A stretch of DNA of 64,000 bases from the NCBI GenBank assembly GCA_004431415.1, contig QPMI01000453.1, forward strand, positions 62,001 to 126,000. Reading direction: 5' to 3'. The translations under genes were made by a program, and so were the position numbers. The first letter of the stretch is position 1, and each line of letters starts with the position of its first letter. Below are positions 47,601 through 60,193 of this stretch, piece after piece. The notes beneath the pieces were generated by a model. It was given only the letters and a program-made list of their open reading frames with translations, did no database searches and was not told the DNA's origin. The stretch comes from Cyanophora paradoxa CCMP329. Lineage: Eukaryota; Plantae; Glaucophyta.

Positions 47601-50598
47601 CGAGGTCGCTCACCTGAGTCTGAGCCTGAATTTGAATCTGAGCTCACCTGAGTCTGAACCCGCCCGCAGCTGCTTGGGGAGGTGCAGGCGGAGGCGCTCC
47701 GCGCCCTCGCCGTCTTCTCCGACTACGGTGAGACAGTTCTAGAGCCAGCTCGAGGTGGAAGGGCGCAGCGGAGGCCGCGTCTCTATCTTCCGAGACAGAG
47801 AGTGGGATTGGAACTCTTTGGGCCCTTCTCTTTCTCCTCCACCTCCTCTTCTCCCTTCGATTTCTCCACTGGGATTGAAGCTCAAGCGGGCCGGGGTACG
47901 GGCGCAGCGGAGTCGCACGACGTGCTGGTGCGGCGGGCGATCGCCGGCCTCGTCCGCCTCTCGAAGGTGAGAGAGAGAGAGAGAGAGACATGATAGCCGT
48001 CCCGTCGTCCCCGGGCTTCGCGCCCGACCCCCCCCCCCCCCCCCCCGCCCCCCGCCCCCTCCCCCCCCCCCCCCCTGCCGCTCTGACTCCGACGCGCCCC
48101 TCGCCCCCCGAAGAGGCCCAACCCGCTCTTCGCCCGCTCCGTCGCCTACGTCGTCGCCTCCCTCGCCCGCAACGGTGCGAACGAAGCGAGCGAACGAATA
48201 CGCGAACGATGAAGCCCTCCTTTGTTCCTCTTTTTCTTTCGTATTCGTTCATTCGTTCTTTTTTTCCAGGCAAGTACCGGGAGCGCGTGGCGGACGAGGG
48301 CGCGATGTTCCTGCTCCTCCCGTACGCCTCCCAGGAGCCCAAGAGCGCCGAGGACGTCAAGATCAAGGAGGCCTGTGCGTGCTCGAATGCCCTATCGCGA
48401 GTGCTCGAACGCGAATTCAATCCAAGGTAGATAGATAGATAGATCTAGATTATTTGATCCGGCCCAAACAAACTAAACTGAGCTAACCTAACCTTGCTCT
48501 GCTAAGCTCGTTCCTTCTAAGCCTTCATCTATCTAACCTTACCCTTCCTCGCCCAGGCGTGGCGGCGCTGTGGCCGGACGAGGCGCGGAAGAAGCAGCAG
48601 CGGATCCTGGACGGCCTGCGGGCGTCGGCGGCGAACAACCGGCGGCTCGTGCAGGAGGCCGAGGAGCGCATGCGCATGGAGGAGGTCCTCCGCGCCGCCG
48701 GCAAGGCGAGCGAGCCTGAGCTTCCTCTTTGTTTAGCTTTCTTAAGCTCTTGAGCTCTTTAAAGCTCTTGAGCTTTAATTTCAACGAATTCTAACATAGC
48801 TTGAGCTAGCGCTTGAGCTCCCTCTTTTATTAGATTCCAAATACCTAGCTTGCCGCTCCCGCTTAAGCTTTCCGTGCCGCCGGCAAGGCGAGCGAGCTTG
48901 AGCCTCCTCTTAAGCTTAAGCCTTTGACGCTCTTGAGCTCAAGCCTCTTTAAGCTCTTTAGCTCAAGCCTCCTAATTGTTCTATCTGGGAACCGAACCGT
49001 TTTGTTTGTTCTCCTCCGCGAGAGAACCGTTTGTTCTATCTGAGAACCGAACCGAACCCGTTCTTTAGCCGTCTTACTTCCGCTCCTTCTCGTGAGCCCC
49101 TCGCTCACCCCAATTCCCCCGCGCGCAGCCGATCCCGCGGACGAAGCCACGGGACCGCTGGCGCCGCGTGCTGCAGCTCCTGCGGGAGCACTGGGCGCAG
49201 GAGCGCCTGAACCGCGAGGTCGGCGAGGGCAAGGTCCGCTGTCTTCGGCCTCTTTGTTGTAAAGGCCCATCAAGGGTTATGTAATTACTAGTTGTGCTGG
49301 GTTTCTAGCTTTAATTTTCTTGCGCCCGCCGAATGGGCGATCACGAGATTCTCGGATTCTCACTCTCTTTCCCCCCTCAGGTCGTCGAGCTGCTGCAGGA
49401 GCGTGCCGACGAATACCGCTCCATGCTCCACGTACCCCCTCTCCTTTTTTGGTTCCTACTTACTGCTACGAGAGGCTTACGAGACTATTCTATTTTTAGA
49501 TGGAGGAGGACGCGAGGCAGGCGGAGCTGGCCGCGAGGCGCGCGCGGGCGATCAACGCCGACGGCGCCGCGGCGGGGCGCGCCGGCGCCCGCCGCGCCTC
49601 CTCCATCACTTCGTTCGCCGAGTACCGGTCGGCTTCCCTCCCCGGGCGAACGAAGGGCGGGGCCCTATCCCCCCGGCCCGCGGTACCCTCCACGGAGCCT
49701 TCCCCCTCTCGCCGCCTCCGCAAGCGGCCGACAGCAGTAGAAAGCCAGCCGGCCGCTGTGTTCCGCGGGTCGACCCGCATGGAGGAGATGGCACGGGCGG
49801 CATCCCGCGTGGGCCCGCGGGACCAGCCGCCGAGCCCGCCGCCCCAGCCGGGCCCCGACCCTTTTCAACAGTTCGTAGTAAACCCCTTCCTCTCCCACCG
49901 CGGCCCGCCCCAAGGGGGCATCCCTCACGGCCAGCGGCTCGCCCCCGCCCCCGGCCCCGCCCCCGCCCCCGCCCTCGCCCCTCACCCGCCCTCGGGACCG
50001 CCCGGGCTGCGCTTCCCCTCGCTCCCGCACACGGCGGCGCCCTCGGTCCTCGCGCGGGTCCTGGCCCCCGACGACCCCCTAGGCCTCCACCCCGAGTCCT
50101 GGCTCCAGCTCAAGGCACCGCCCCCGGCGCTCTCAAGCAGCGGCCGCTCCCCGCGCGAGTGCGTTCCAAAGTGCTTTTCCGCCCTCAAGCGCTTACGCGC
50201 GTCGCCGCAGCGCGTCGCCCATGCGGCAGCGCCCCGCGGCGGCGGATGGCGATCGCGAGGGGCGCCCCAGTGGGCTCCGCGTCGATCGCGAGGCGATCTG
50301 GGAAGGTGTGACCTGGCGCGGCCTGGGCGCCCGCGATCGAGTCCAAGGGGGGACTTTTGATCCCGCCGCTCCGAACTCGCCCCGGCCTCCGGACGCGCCC
50401 GCCCCCCCCGCCCCCCATGGCCAGCCGCAGCCGCCCCCCGCGCGAGGCCCGAAAGCGGACCCGGCCGGATCCGTACCCGCCTCGCCGCGGTCGCTGGGCC
50501 CCTTCGCGGCGGGGCGGCGGGCGCGGGTGGAGGAGATCAAGCTGCGGGCGCGGGGCGACCCCGCCGGCCTCGCCCCGCCCGCCCGCGTCCTCGCCTAG
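44695..50598 (+). CDS. Armadillo/HEAT-repeat protein with a probable N-myristoylation motif and a Pro-rich tail
   Basis: MGAGASQ start followed by a GT-AG intron that joins in frame. ARM-like exons KIAELGGIPLLARL, VLALLRNLT, EALRALAVFS, RERVADEGAMFLLL. Confidence 0.65.
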
Positions 50599-51260
50599 CC
50601 TTGGCCTAGTGTGGCCCTCGCCCAAGGTAGCCTCGGTAGCAATGAATTAGTAACTTGCAAGTCGACAAGGCGATCGTCACAGCGTCCGACTGGTGCTTCC
50701 AGGCTTGATCAGTAAATTAAAGTTCAACGCTTGTCCATGGTCATGATCATGATCATGATGCCTCTTATCTAAAGTTCAAGCCTGCCAATACTAACTATAA
50801 TATATATAATATAACTATCATGAGCCTCGGAGGTTCAGCCTGGCAAGGCCTCTGAAGTTTCAAGTTTAAACTGAAATGTTCAAACCTGAAGAACGTATAC
50901 AGTGCCGCGCGCACGTGTGCTACGCGGCAGCTGCAGTGCTTCAGGCTTTTCATGATCCTCGGATCATGAAATCGATCATCATCGACATCACGGTGCAACA
51001 GTGGGGAGACACGTGGGGAGGGGGGCAACCCCTTTAATTTCCTGCCTGCAGCTGGCCGGACCTATTCGAGCAAATTTGTTTTATGAGACATACCATCACT
51101 ACAAGCGTTCGAAGCAGCGCTACAGCTGTACAGGCCCCGATTGAGGGTAAGGGGAGCAAAAAGAGGGTGCTGGAATGGGGGCGGGGGAGGTCGATAGGAC
51201 AATGGCAACCAAGCGAGGAGCCGGACGGGCCGGGGGTACAGCCGGGCTCGCCGGGTACGG

Positions 51261-54200
51261 TTACAGCCACGCCGGGTCGCTGACCCCCGTCTGCTGGTTG
51301 CCCTGGTCTTGCGCCTGCGGGGTGCAAGGTCAAGAAGAGTTGGGGGGGAGAGGGATAGAGGGGGGTTGTACCGGCTCGGGAAGGTCCTGCATGACTCCGG
51401 ACTCGGCGTTGTTGCCCATCTGGTCGAAGTCCGCCATCCCTGTGGCCAACAAAAAGCGACTCAATCGAAAAAAGACTTTCTTCATCCATCCCGAATGAAT
51501 AATCGCGTACCCGAGTCGGCGTTGCCCCCAAGGGCGTCGAAGTCGACCATGTCGGCTCCCGGCTCGCCCGGGAGATCGCCCTCCAGGTCCCCGTGGTCCG
51601 GCTCGGGCTCGGGCTCGCGCCGCGCGTCGTCGTCCCCTGCAGAAGGAAAGGGAGGGGGAGGGAGGCGACCGATCAGATCAGCCATTCACGCTCCGCGGAA
51701 ACGAAAGAAGGGAGTAGCGGATCGGTGATGAGCGAACGGCAGCCTCGGTGGAACGGCTCGTTGGAGCCAGTGAGTGAGTTGGGAACAGACCAAAGGCCCA
51801 GAGGGGGCTCCCGCCGCCCCCCTTCCTCCCCTCCCCTCCCCCTCTATCGATCGGCGCCCGGCCCGACCCGTCCCGGCCCCACTCACCGCCCTCCTCCTCC
51901 TCCTCCTACAAATCAAAGAATCTAGACCTCATAATCATTAAGATCCGCTGATTGTTTCTAGTTCCTCTATGAGATCGCTATCTAGTTTCTAGTTGTTAGA
52001 GAGGCCCACCCACCCACTCGCGCACCGCCCTCCTCCTCCTCCTCGTCGCCGTCGTCGCCCGCCTCCTCGAGCTCCGCCGCCATCGCCGCCGCCATCCGCT
52101 CCTCGGCGCCCTCGTCGAAGGCCTGACGAGTAGTGAGGGAGAGAGGGGAGAGGAAGGAGGAGGGAGGGGTCGGACCTCCTCGTCCCCCCCCTCGTCGTCC
52201 AGCTCCTCCTCCAGCAGCTGCTGCTGCGCGTCCGCCTCCTGCGGACCGGAGCGGGAGGTCAGATCCATCGCGTTTGAGGAAGGATCTCTTGATCTTTCTA
52301 TCAACTACAGCTGAGGCCGGCCTCGACCCGGCCTAGAAATCAAAGGATCTTAAATCGAAATGATCTGAATTCGATCTATGGCATCGAATCTGGATGAGAT
52401 CGCATCCCAGCATATCGCGCACGTCGCCGAAGAGGTCGGCGCCGGCCTCGAGCTCGTCGAGCTCGTCGAGGTCGAAGTCGTCGTAGAGCTCCTCGAGGCC
52501 CGCCAGCTCCTCCCCCGCCGGCTGGTGCGCTGCGAACGAAGGAAAAGAGGGCGAAGGGGGCAGATCAAATCAGGGGTTGATTATGAAACTAGGACGCTCG
52601 CCATGAAGCCCGGAAGCTTAGAGGCTCAGAACAGATAATAACTAACTAACAGAGCTTGAGCCGCTGGCTTGTTTAAGAAGCTGCGCTGGCTTGAGGAGTG
52701 GGCCTTAAGTGGCTTGAGCTTGCGAGGCGCTTGAGGGGGCGCGCTGGTGAGGTAGTTCGCCTGGAAGGGGAAGGGCGCCAGTGGGTCTTAAAGAACTTAA
52801 AAAAAGCTAAGCGGCGCCCGGCCGGCTAATCAAACAGGCCTAGAGGCGCTGGATCGAATCCTTAGAAGATGAAGAAGCTCAGAAGGTAGAGGGGGGGGCG
52901 CTGTATTAACATTGGATGCTGGATTGGACACTTAAGAGGCGCTTAAGTACAAGGGGGCGCACTGGTGAGGTAGTTCAGTTGGAAGGGGAGGGGCGCCAGC
53001 GGGTCCGCCGTCGCCGCCCCGCCGGCGAGCACCCAGCAGCGCACACTGCTCCTGAAGCCCTGGATTCGAGGGAGATATCAGACCGGAGCTTTCAGAGGTT
53101 CGGGGGGGGGCGGGTGGGGGGTGGCGAGGGGGGGGGGGAGGGGTGGGGGGGGGTGGGGGGGGGATGGGGAGTTGGGGGAGGGGGAAAGGGCTGGGCTCCG
53201 AGGAGCTTACGGACGAAACGGGATTAAAGAGACCGGCTGGCGCTAGGATCGGAATCGCAACGCGCCGGCGCGCCGGGGCGGGGAGAGGGGGGGGTAGGGG
53301 GTAGGGGAGGGGATGGGGGGGGGATCAGGAGGATCGGATCGAATCACGGCGAAGACACGCTCGGCGGGGAGGGGGGGGGGGGGGAGGGGGTGCGGAGGGC
53401 GCACCGGGGGCGTCGCCTGCAGGAGGAAGCGGCCGCGGGGCGAGTCCCGGTCGCGGGGCGCCTCCAGCAGGTCGATGGGTACCGGGAGCGTGACCTGTGT
53501 TCGGATTTGAAAATTTGAATTCGAGTTCGGAGTCGGAAATGCTGTACCTCCCCGTAGTGGTCCGTTGTCCCGTGGAAGCGCTGGTGCTCTTCGCCATGCA
53601 AAACGACCTGTTTCAAATTCGAATTCGAATTCGCATTCGAATTCGAGATCAAATCTTCGAACCGACCTGGGCGCCGCGGAGCGGGGATTTCAAATCCGCG
53701 TCGTAGATTCGGAAGAGCGCCGGGACGCAGTCCATTAAGACCTTGCACACCGTCGTCTTGCCCTAAGAAGAGAGGCGAGCGGAGCGAGTGAGTAAGAAAG
53801 AAGAGAAGCGAGCAGAGGGCGAGGGCGCTCGCACCGGCAGGACCTGCGTCTGCTTCTTGAGGTACGGCTGGCCCCGCCAGGAGATCGCCACCGTCTTGCG
53901 CCCCGGCCGCAGCCCCGCGAACGGGAATTTGTCCGTGCCCTTCACCAGCGCTGCGGGAGGCTCAGCGCGGCGCCGGCGGATCGCTGGAGAGCCGCGGCGC
54001 GCGGGCGGACCTTCTTCGGCGCCCTGCTCATCGTAGACTGCCCGGGGCGTCAGCGCGGCGGCCCGGCGGAGCGCACGAGCGCCTGGCGAGCGCACCGATG
54101 ATGTGCTCGATGGCGTTCTGCACGTCCTTCGCCCGGATTGTGTGCTGCACCTGCGGGGCGCCTCAGGCCGAGGCCGCGGGCGGAGCTGGGGTTCGGACCT

Positions 54201-54285
54201 TGACAAGCAAGTTCCCTGTGCTCCTGTCGAGCTGCGTGGGCGTCGAGAAGAAGGATTTGACCTCCTTGACGACTTTGCGGATCAT
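51261..54285 (-). CDS. Hypothetical protein with beta-rich N-terminal modules and a long acidic C-terminal region
   Basis: Exons MIRKVVKEVKSFF, VQHTIRAKDVQNAIEHII, FPFAGLRPGRKTVAISWRG, RFHGTTDHYGE|VTLP, then E/D-rich exons ending SDPAWL*. Splice sites are canonical. No family was recognised with certainty. Confidence 0.6.
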
Positions 54286-54776
54286 GTTTGTTGACCAGCT
54301 GCGTCTGGACGGGTGACCCTAGCGGTCGAAGCTGGCGGGCGCCCGAGCGCTTCAAGGGCCTCGTCGGGGTTGCAGTGTGCGCTCCCGTGCGGCGCAGCGC
54401 GTCGGGCTGAACCGCGGTAACTTGCTGCCGCTCTAGGCTCTAGCTGCGGCGGTCTGGGCAATCAGGTTACTTCCCGCTGCGGCGGTCCAGGCTCGCTGTC
54501 TTTGAAGGACGGTGCGAGTTCAGTGCGAGGCCAGCAATGCGCCGGCAGTAGTCACAAGTTTCCGACTTTTCCAGCGGAAATTCGGCCAAGGGGTACAGTG
54601 GATGATTGGCCTGCCGCTCGCGGGTCCCTCAAAAAGGAAGCTGAGCCACCGCAGGATAATCTGAGACGCACAGTCTGCGTCACCGGAGTTGCAGGATAGC
54701 CGCTTGTGCGCTCTCAAGCGCAGGGCGTGAAGCGCTCCCTTCAAAAAGCTGAAGGCCGACCGAGCACGCCAGCGCG

Positions 54777-55423
54777 ATGCAGCCGCAACCGACGCCCTTG
54801 TATCCTTCATCGCAGCCGGGCGGAAGCTCGGGCTACGTGCGCTTCTCCGCGACGGCGACCGGGCTCGCGCCGCCGGCCGGACAGCCGTATGGCTACAGCC
54901 CGCAGCGATCGAACGCCTTTGGAAGCCAGCTCGGTGGCGTTGATCCCACGACGGCAAGCCGCGCGACGTCCATGCGGCCGAGCAGCGAGCACTACAGCGC
55001 GTACAGCAGCGGCAACGCCGGCGGATTCGAAAGGCAAATCACGGCCGGCGGCGCGGCCCCTTACTCTCGTCAGGCGGGCAACACGCTCGGCAATCCCGGG
55101 CTGAGCTACCCGGGCGGCCTCGCTGCCAGCAGCTTCGCGCCCGTTGCGCCCCCGCAGACGGCCGCGTCGGCCAACAGCTCGCACCACGCCAAGCCGCCGC
55201 AGCCCGCGTCGATGGGGCGCGAATTCGGGCGCCAGATAACGCGCACGGGGAGCGCAATCGTCCCTGTCGCGCCCGTGGCGCGCGAGGGCACCGACGAGAT
55301 GGCATTGATCCTCGCCGTCAACGAAGCGAACCTGCCCAAGGCACGCGCGCCGCTTTCTTAGCGCATCCACGCCGCCGCTTTCTCAACGAATCGCTCTTCG
55401 AACTTATCTTATCGCTCTTATAG

Positions 55424-55478
<55 letters not shown>

Positions 55479-58400
55479 AGGATCTTCGAACTCCCTGAGA
55501 CTTTCCGTTGAGGATCTGTCTATCTAATAGGTGAAGGACATATTGGCGAGCCGGCGGCCCGGTTTCGCAATCGATGCCCGGGACCCCAAGTCGAAGCGGA
55601 GCGCCCTCATGATCGCCGCGCGCAACAACAAGCTCGAGATCGCGAGCTCGCTGATCAAGCACGGCGCGGACCTCTTCGCGATCGTCGAGCAGGGCGGCAA
55701 CGCGGGGATGAACGCCCTCTTCCTCGCGGTCCTGGCGGGCCACCTCCCCATGGTCGCCCTGCTCCTCAAAAGCGCGGGCGAGCGCGCCCCGCAGCTCGTC
55801 AACACTCAGGTCCGCGCTTGCGCGCCCCGCCCAGAAGCAGTAGTGGTAGTAGTAGTAGTAGTAGAGGAAGGAGGATGAGGGGACGTCTTGACCCGAAAAC
55901 CTCACCTGAACCCGGACGCGCGCGCAGCACGCGGTGTCGAAGCAGACGGCGCTCATGTACGCGATCATCAAGGTCCGTACGAGGATTCAGGGGGCTAGGC
56001 TAGGGCTCCGGGGCGGATGGCCGGCCAGCTCCGCTAGGGGCTAGCCGCGGATTTAGGGGGCTGGGCTAGGGCTCCGGGGCGGCTAGCCGGCCAGCCGCCG
56101 GCGCGCCCAACGCCCCCAGCCTGGCGGACCGTGCAATTAGCGGACCCCTCTAGCCAGCCAGCCAGCCGCGGGCGCGCCTAGCGCTCTCCACTGCTTGGCT
56201 AGGCCAGCTCTGGGGCCCGGGGCCGCTGCTTCCAGCCAGCCAGCTCCCCGCCGCCCTTCCCACCTTGAATCTCCGTCCGTACACAGGGCCACGGGACCGT
56301 GGTTCGGCTCCTGGTGGTGGAGTTTAAGGCCGACAAAGACCTCGTCGACCGCCTCGGCAAGACCGCGTGCGCACGCGTACCCCCCACCCTCCTTCGAAGA
56401 ATCGACGAAACGCGTACCCCGCCGACGCTTTTTCCCGTCTCCTCTGCCACCAACAGGTACGACTACGCGGGGAAGTACGGCGGCCGCCGCGACGGCGTGA
56501 CCATCTTCCGGTGCGCGCGCGCGCGCGCCCCACCCCGCCCACCTACCTGCGCGCTGTCTTCCGCTTACCGGGCGGCGGCCTGGGGCCTTCCCCCTGGGCA
56601 GGATCCTGGAGCCGCGCAAGGAGGTGTGCGACACAAGCACGCCGGACGGCCTCGAGGTCGCCTCACGCCCCCGCGCCCCAGAGCTAGCTAGATAGCTAGC
56701 TAGCCGGCCCAGCCTGGATCTGAACCGGGGGCGGACGGCAGGTCGTCAACTCGTGGGCGAAGCTGGGGCCCTACTGCCCCGTCACGGAGCTCTGCGACGT
56801 CTCCCGCAACAAGGTGCACTAGAGGGATCCGGGGCGTTAGCTAGCTTGCTGCGCCCGCTAGAGGCCGGATGTGGAATCCGGGGCGTCCGCTCGCTTAAGC
56901 GAAGCGGTCTCCGCCCGCCTCTCGCCGCCCGAGGCCGGCGGGCTGGAGGCTGGCTGGCCGGCTCGCTGGCTAGACCCCCGGGGCTTCGAGGGCACGATAG
57001 AGGCTGGGCCGATGGATGGCTCTCCCCGCGGCTTCGCATTCCCTCCCCACTCTCATAGAGGGCCCCGGGGCCGTCTTCCTCACCTGTACCCCCTTTTCCT
57101 CACCCGTACCCCCCTTCCTCACCCGTACCCCCCCTTTCCTCCTCCAGGTCCACGCCGCCATGCTCTTCGCCTACGCCTTCACGGAGGTCGGGCCGCCCGC
57201 GCTCACCTGAGCTCGCCTGAGCCTCCTCCGCTCACCTGAGCGAGCCCAGGCCTCGAGGAAGGACCAGAAGTACAGGGGGGTACTGGAGGCCAAGGCCGCC
57301 GAGTCGATACAGCGCGCCAAGGAGGCGCGCGGCCGTACCCCCCCCCCGACCCCTCGTACCCCCACGATCCTCTAACGGAAAACGCGCAGTACCTCCGGGC
57401 GCACGTGCTGCGGCACGGGGAGGACAGGTCAGCCGTTTTAAAAGCTCGACCTTGACGTGCCTGTACCCCCCTCACCTCGAATCTCGTTTGGGGGGTACAG
57501 CGTCGTCGCGCTGATCGAGGAGCGCGTCTCGGAGCGGTGGTCCCCCCTCCTGCTGGCCCAGGAACTCCACGCGACGGACTTCATGGCCTGCGACGAAGTC
57601 CAGGTACGTAGAAGGGGGTGGAGAAGGGGAAGGGGGTACGGGGCTCAGAATACTTCGTTCGCAGGACGCGGTGGTGAAGCTGTGGCACGGGCGCACGGGC
57701 CACGGGTCGCGCTTCTGGAGCAGCGTCTTCGTGGCTCCGTTCGCGCGGCCCTTCCGATTCGCCGGCGACCCCGAGTGCTTCTGGGGTACCCCCCTGGTGC
57801 CTGCCCCGCCCCCGTCCCCCCTCCTCCCCCCCCCCCCTGGCCCAGGCCAAGACCCCAGGGGCTGATTTCTCCCCCTCCCCCGTTCAGGGCGAGTTCGCCC
57901 TTGAGACCCTATTTTACGTACTCTTCCTCGCGGCATACACGTGCGTAACGGCCCTGAAAAAACCACCGCCCCGTACCCCCCTCTGACTTCTTCCCCCCCC
58001 AACAGGGCGTACATGAATCTGGAGACGACTACGCACGGGGCCGCCGCGACGATCCTGTGGTGGTACATGTACATCAAGTGCGCCCAATCCCCTCAGCCAA
58101 CCGATCATAGAAGCTCTATAGCTCTTAGAAAGAGAAGCTTAAAGTTCTGAGAACCTCTTAGAAAATGAAGCTTCAAGCTCTTAAAAGGAGGAGCTTCCCA
58201 AATTGATCCCTCTTAATCTCCTTCCAGCATCCTGGGGACGGCGGGGCGCATCGCCCACTCCGTGCGCTCCCTCGGCTGGCGCTCCTTCGCCGCCGACTTC
58301 TTCAACAAGCTCGACGTGCGTACCCCCCTATCCCTCCCCCCCTTCTCGGCAGCCCTCTCTTCGCCCCACCCACCCGCCTTCTTCGCCCTCTCTCGTACCC

Positions 58401-60148
58401 AGTTGATCTCGGTCCTGGTGTTCGCGGTGGCGCTGTTGTTCAAGACTTCGGCGGCCTTCCTCCCCGCCCGCCGCGAGACCCTCCTCCGCATCCAATACGA
58501 GATCCTCGCGGTGCGTGAGAGAGTGGCTCACGCCGCGAGGCTTAGCGTGAGGCTAGGCGAGCGAAAGACAGGGCAGGGTGCGCGCATAAGACTCGCGCGG
58601 GCGGCGGCGCGTCCCCCCAAGGCCCTCCCTCGCCCCGCTCGTGCCGCTTCCCCGGCTCCACGTTTAGCATTCGACGGACCGAAGCGGGGCGAGGCGCCAT
58701 ACATAAGACCGACCGACGACTAGGCTCAGCGACTAGCGACCGACACGGGGCGGGGTTTGGACCCTTCAGACGCGGCGCGGGGCGGGGCGGAGGGCCTTTC
58801 ACAGTACGGAGGGCCTAGAACCTTAAGGCCGCCTGACGGCCGACGCGGGGCGGGGCGGGCCCCCCCGCGCAGTACGCGGCGGTGGTGATGTGGGGCCGCC
58901 TCCTCCGCGTCTGCCTCCTCTCCTCCACCCTCGGGCCCCTCATCACGGTACGATATGATAATATGTTACGTTGCGATGTGCTACGATGTGATGTGATACG
59001 ATATCAGATGATCCGGCGGATGCTGGTGGACCTGGCCTCGTTCGGGCTGCTCCTCCTCGTCATCGTGCTCGGCTTCGGCCAGACCGTCTACTCCGTCACA
59101 CGCACCGAGGTGGGCCCGGGAGAGGAGGAACGGGAGGGGGAGGGGGAGCAGCGGGGAGCTCTGCATCAGGCCCCCACCGGGGAGAGGGGAGCTCTGTAGC
59201 TGGGCATCGGATTGTATCTAAAGGAAACTTGGGAGAAACTATCTTCTATCTTCTTCTTAGAGCTAAGATTGTAAACTATCTAAGGATTGAAGGAAGGAAA
59301 CTAAGGAAACTATCTAGAAGGGAGAAAGAAGATAGAAGGGAGCTTCTATCTTCTTCTTAGAGCTCAACGTGGTTCGGCAGGTGCTGCTCTTTGGGCGGGG
59401 CGAGGAGGCTGGGCACCTCGACCACTTTGGTGAGCGAGGGCCGCCCGTACCCCCACTGGACCTTAATAAAGCCGCCTCTGCGGCGGCGGCGGCGCCCCCC
59501 CTCCCCGGCCCCCTCCCCTCTGAGCCTCCTCCTCGCCCTCGCAGGGCTCTTCTTCACGCTCTCGGGGCTGATGCGCTCGCTGCTGGGGGACGTCCACTTC
59601 GACCTGCTCGGCTCCGACACCCCCACCGTCTCCGTGCGCCAGGCCGGGCCGAGCCGGGACGAGTCCAGGCCGAGCCTAGGCGCCCGCCCGTCCAGGCCGA
59701 GGAGCAGCCGCTGGCTCGAGGGCTCTAGGGGCGGTAGAGAGAGGGTTTACATGGGCGGCCGGGCCGGTCGGGCCCAGCTGACTCCGCTGGGCCCGCTGCC
59801 CCCCTCCTCCTCGCCTCGCCTGCCCCCCTCCTCCTCGCCTCGCCTCCTCGTCGGCAGAGGGCTTAGGCTCGGGAGCTGGGACGAGCGAGCGCTCCCGCGT
59901 TGGACCTGATGCTGACTCCGCTGACTCCGCCCCCGCAGGTAGTGCTGGTGGGGCTCTACCTGGTCGTCGGCTCCGTCCTCCTCCTCAACCTCCTCATCGC
60001 CATCCTCTCCAAGCGCGCCCCGCCCCGCCCCGCCCTTCATATAACGTTTATAGGGGCCCCGCCCTTCATATAACAGTTATAGCTTCACAACGCTCGCGCC
60101 CCGCCGAAAGCTAAACACACCCGAACAGCCCCGCCAGCCGACTCTGAG

Positions 60149-60193
<45 letters not shown>
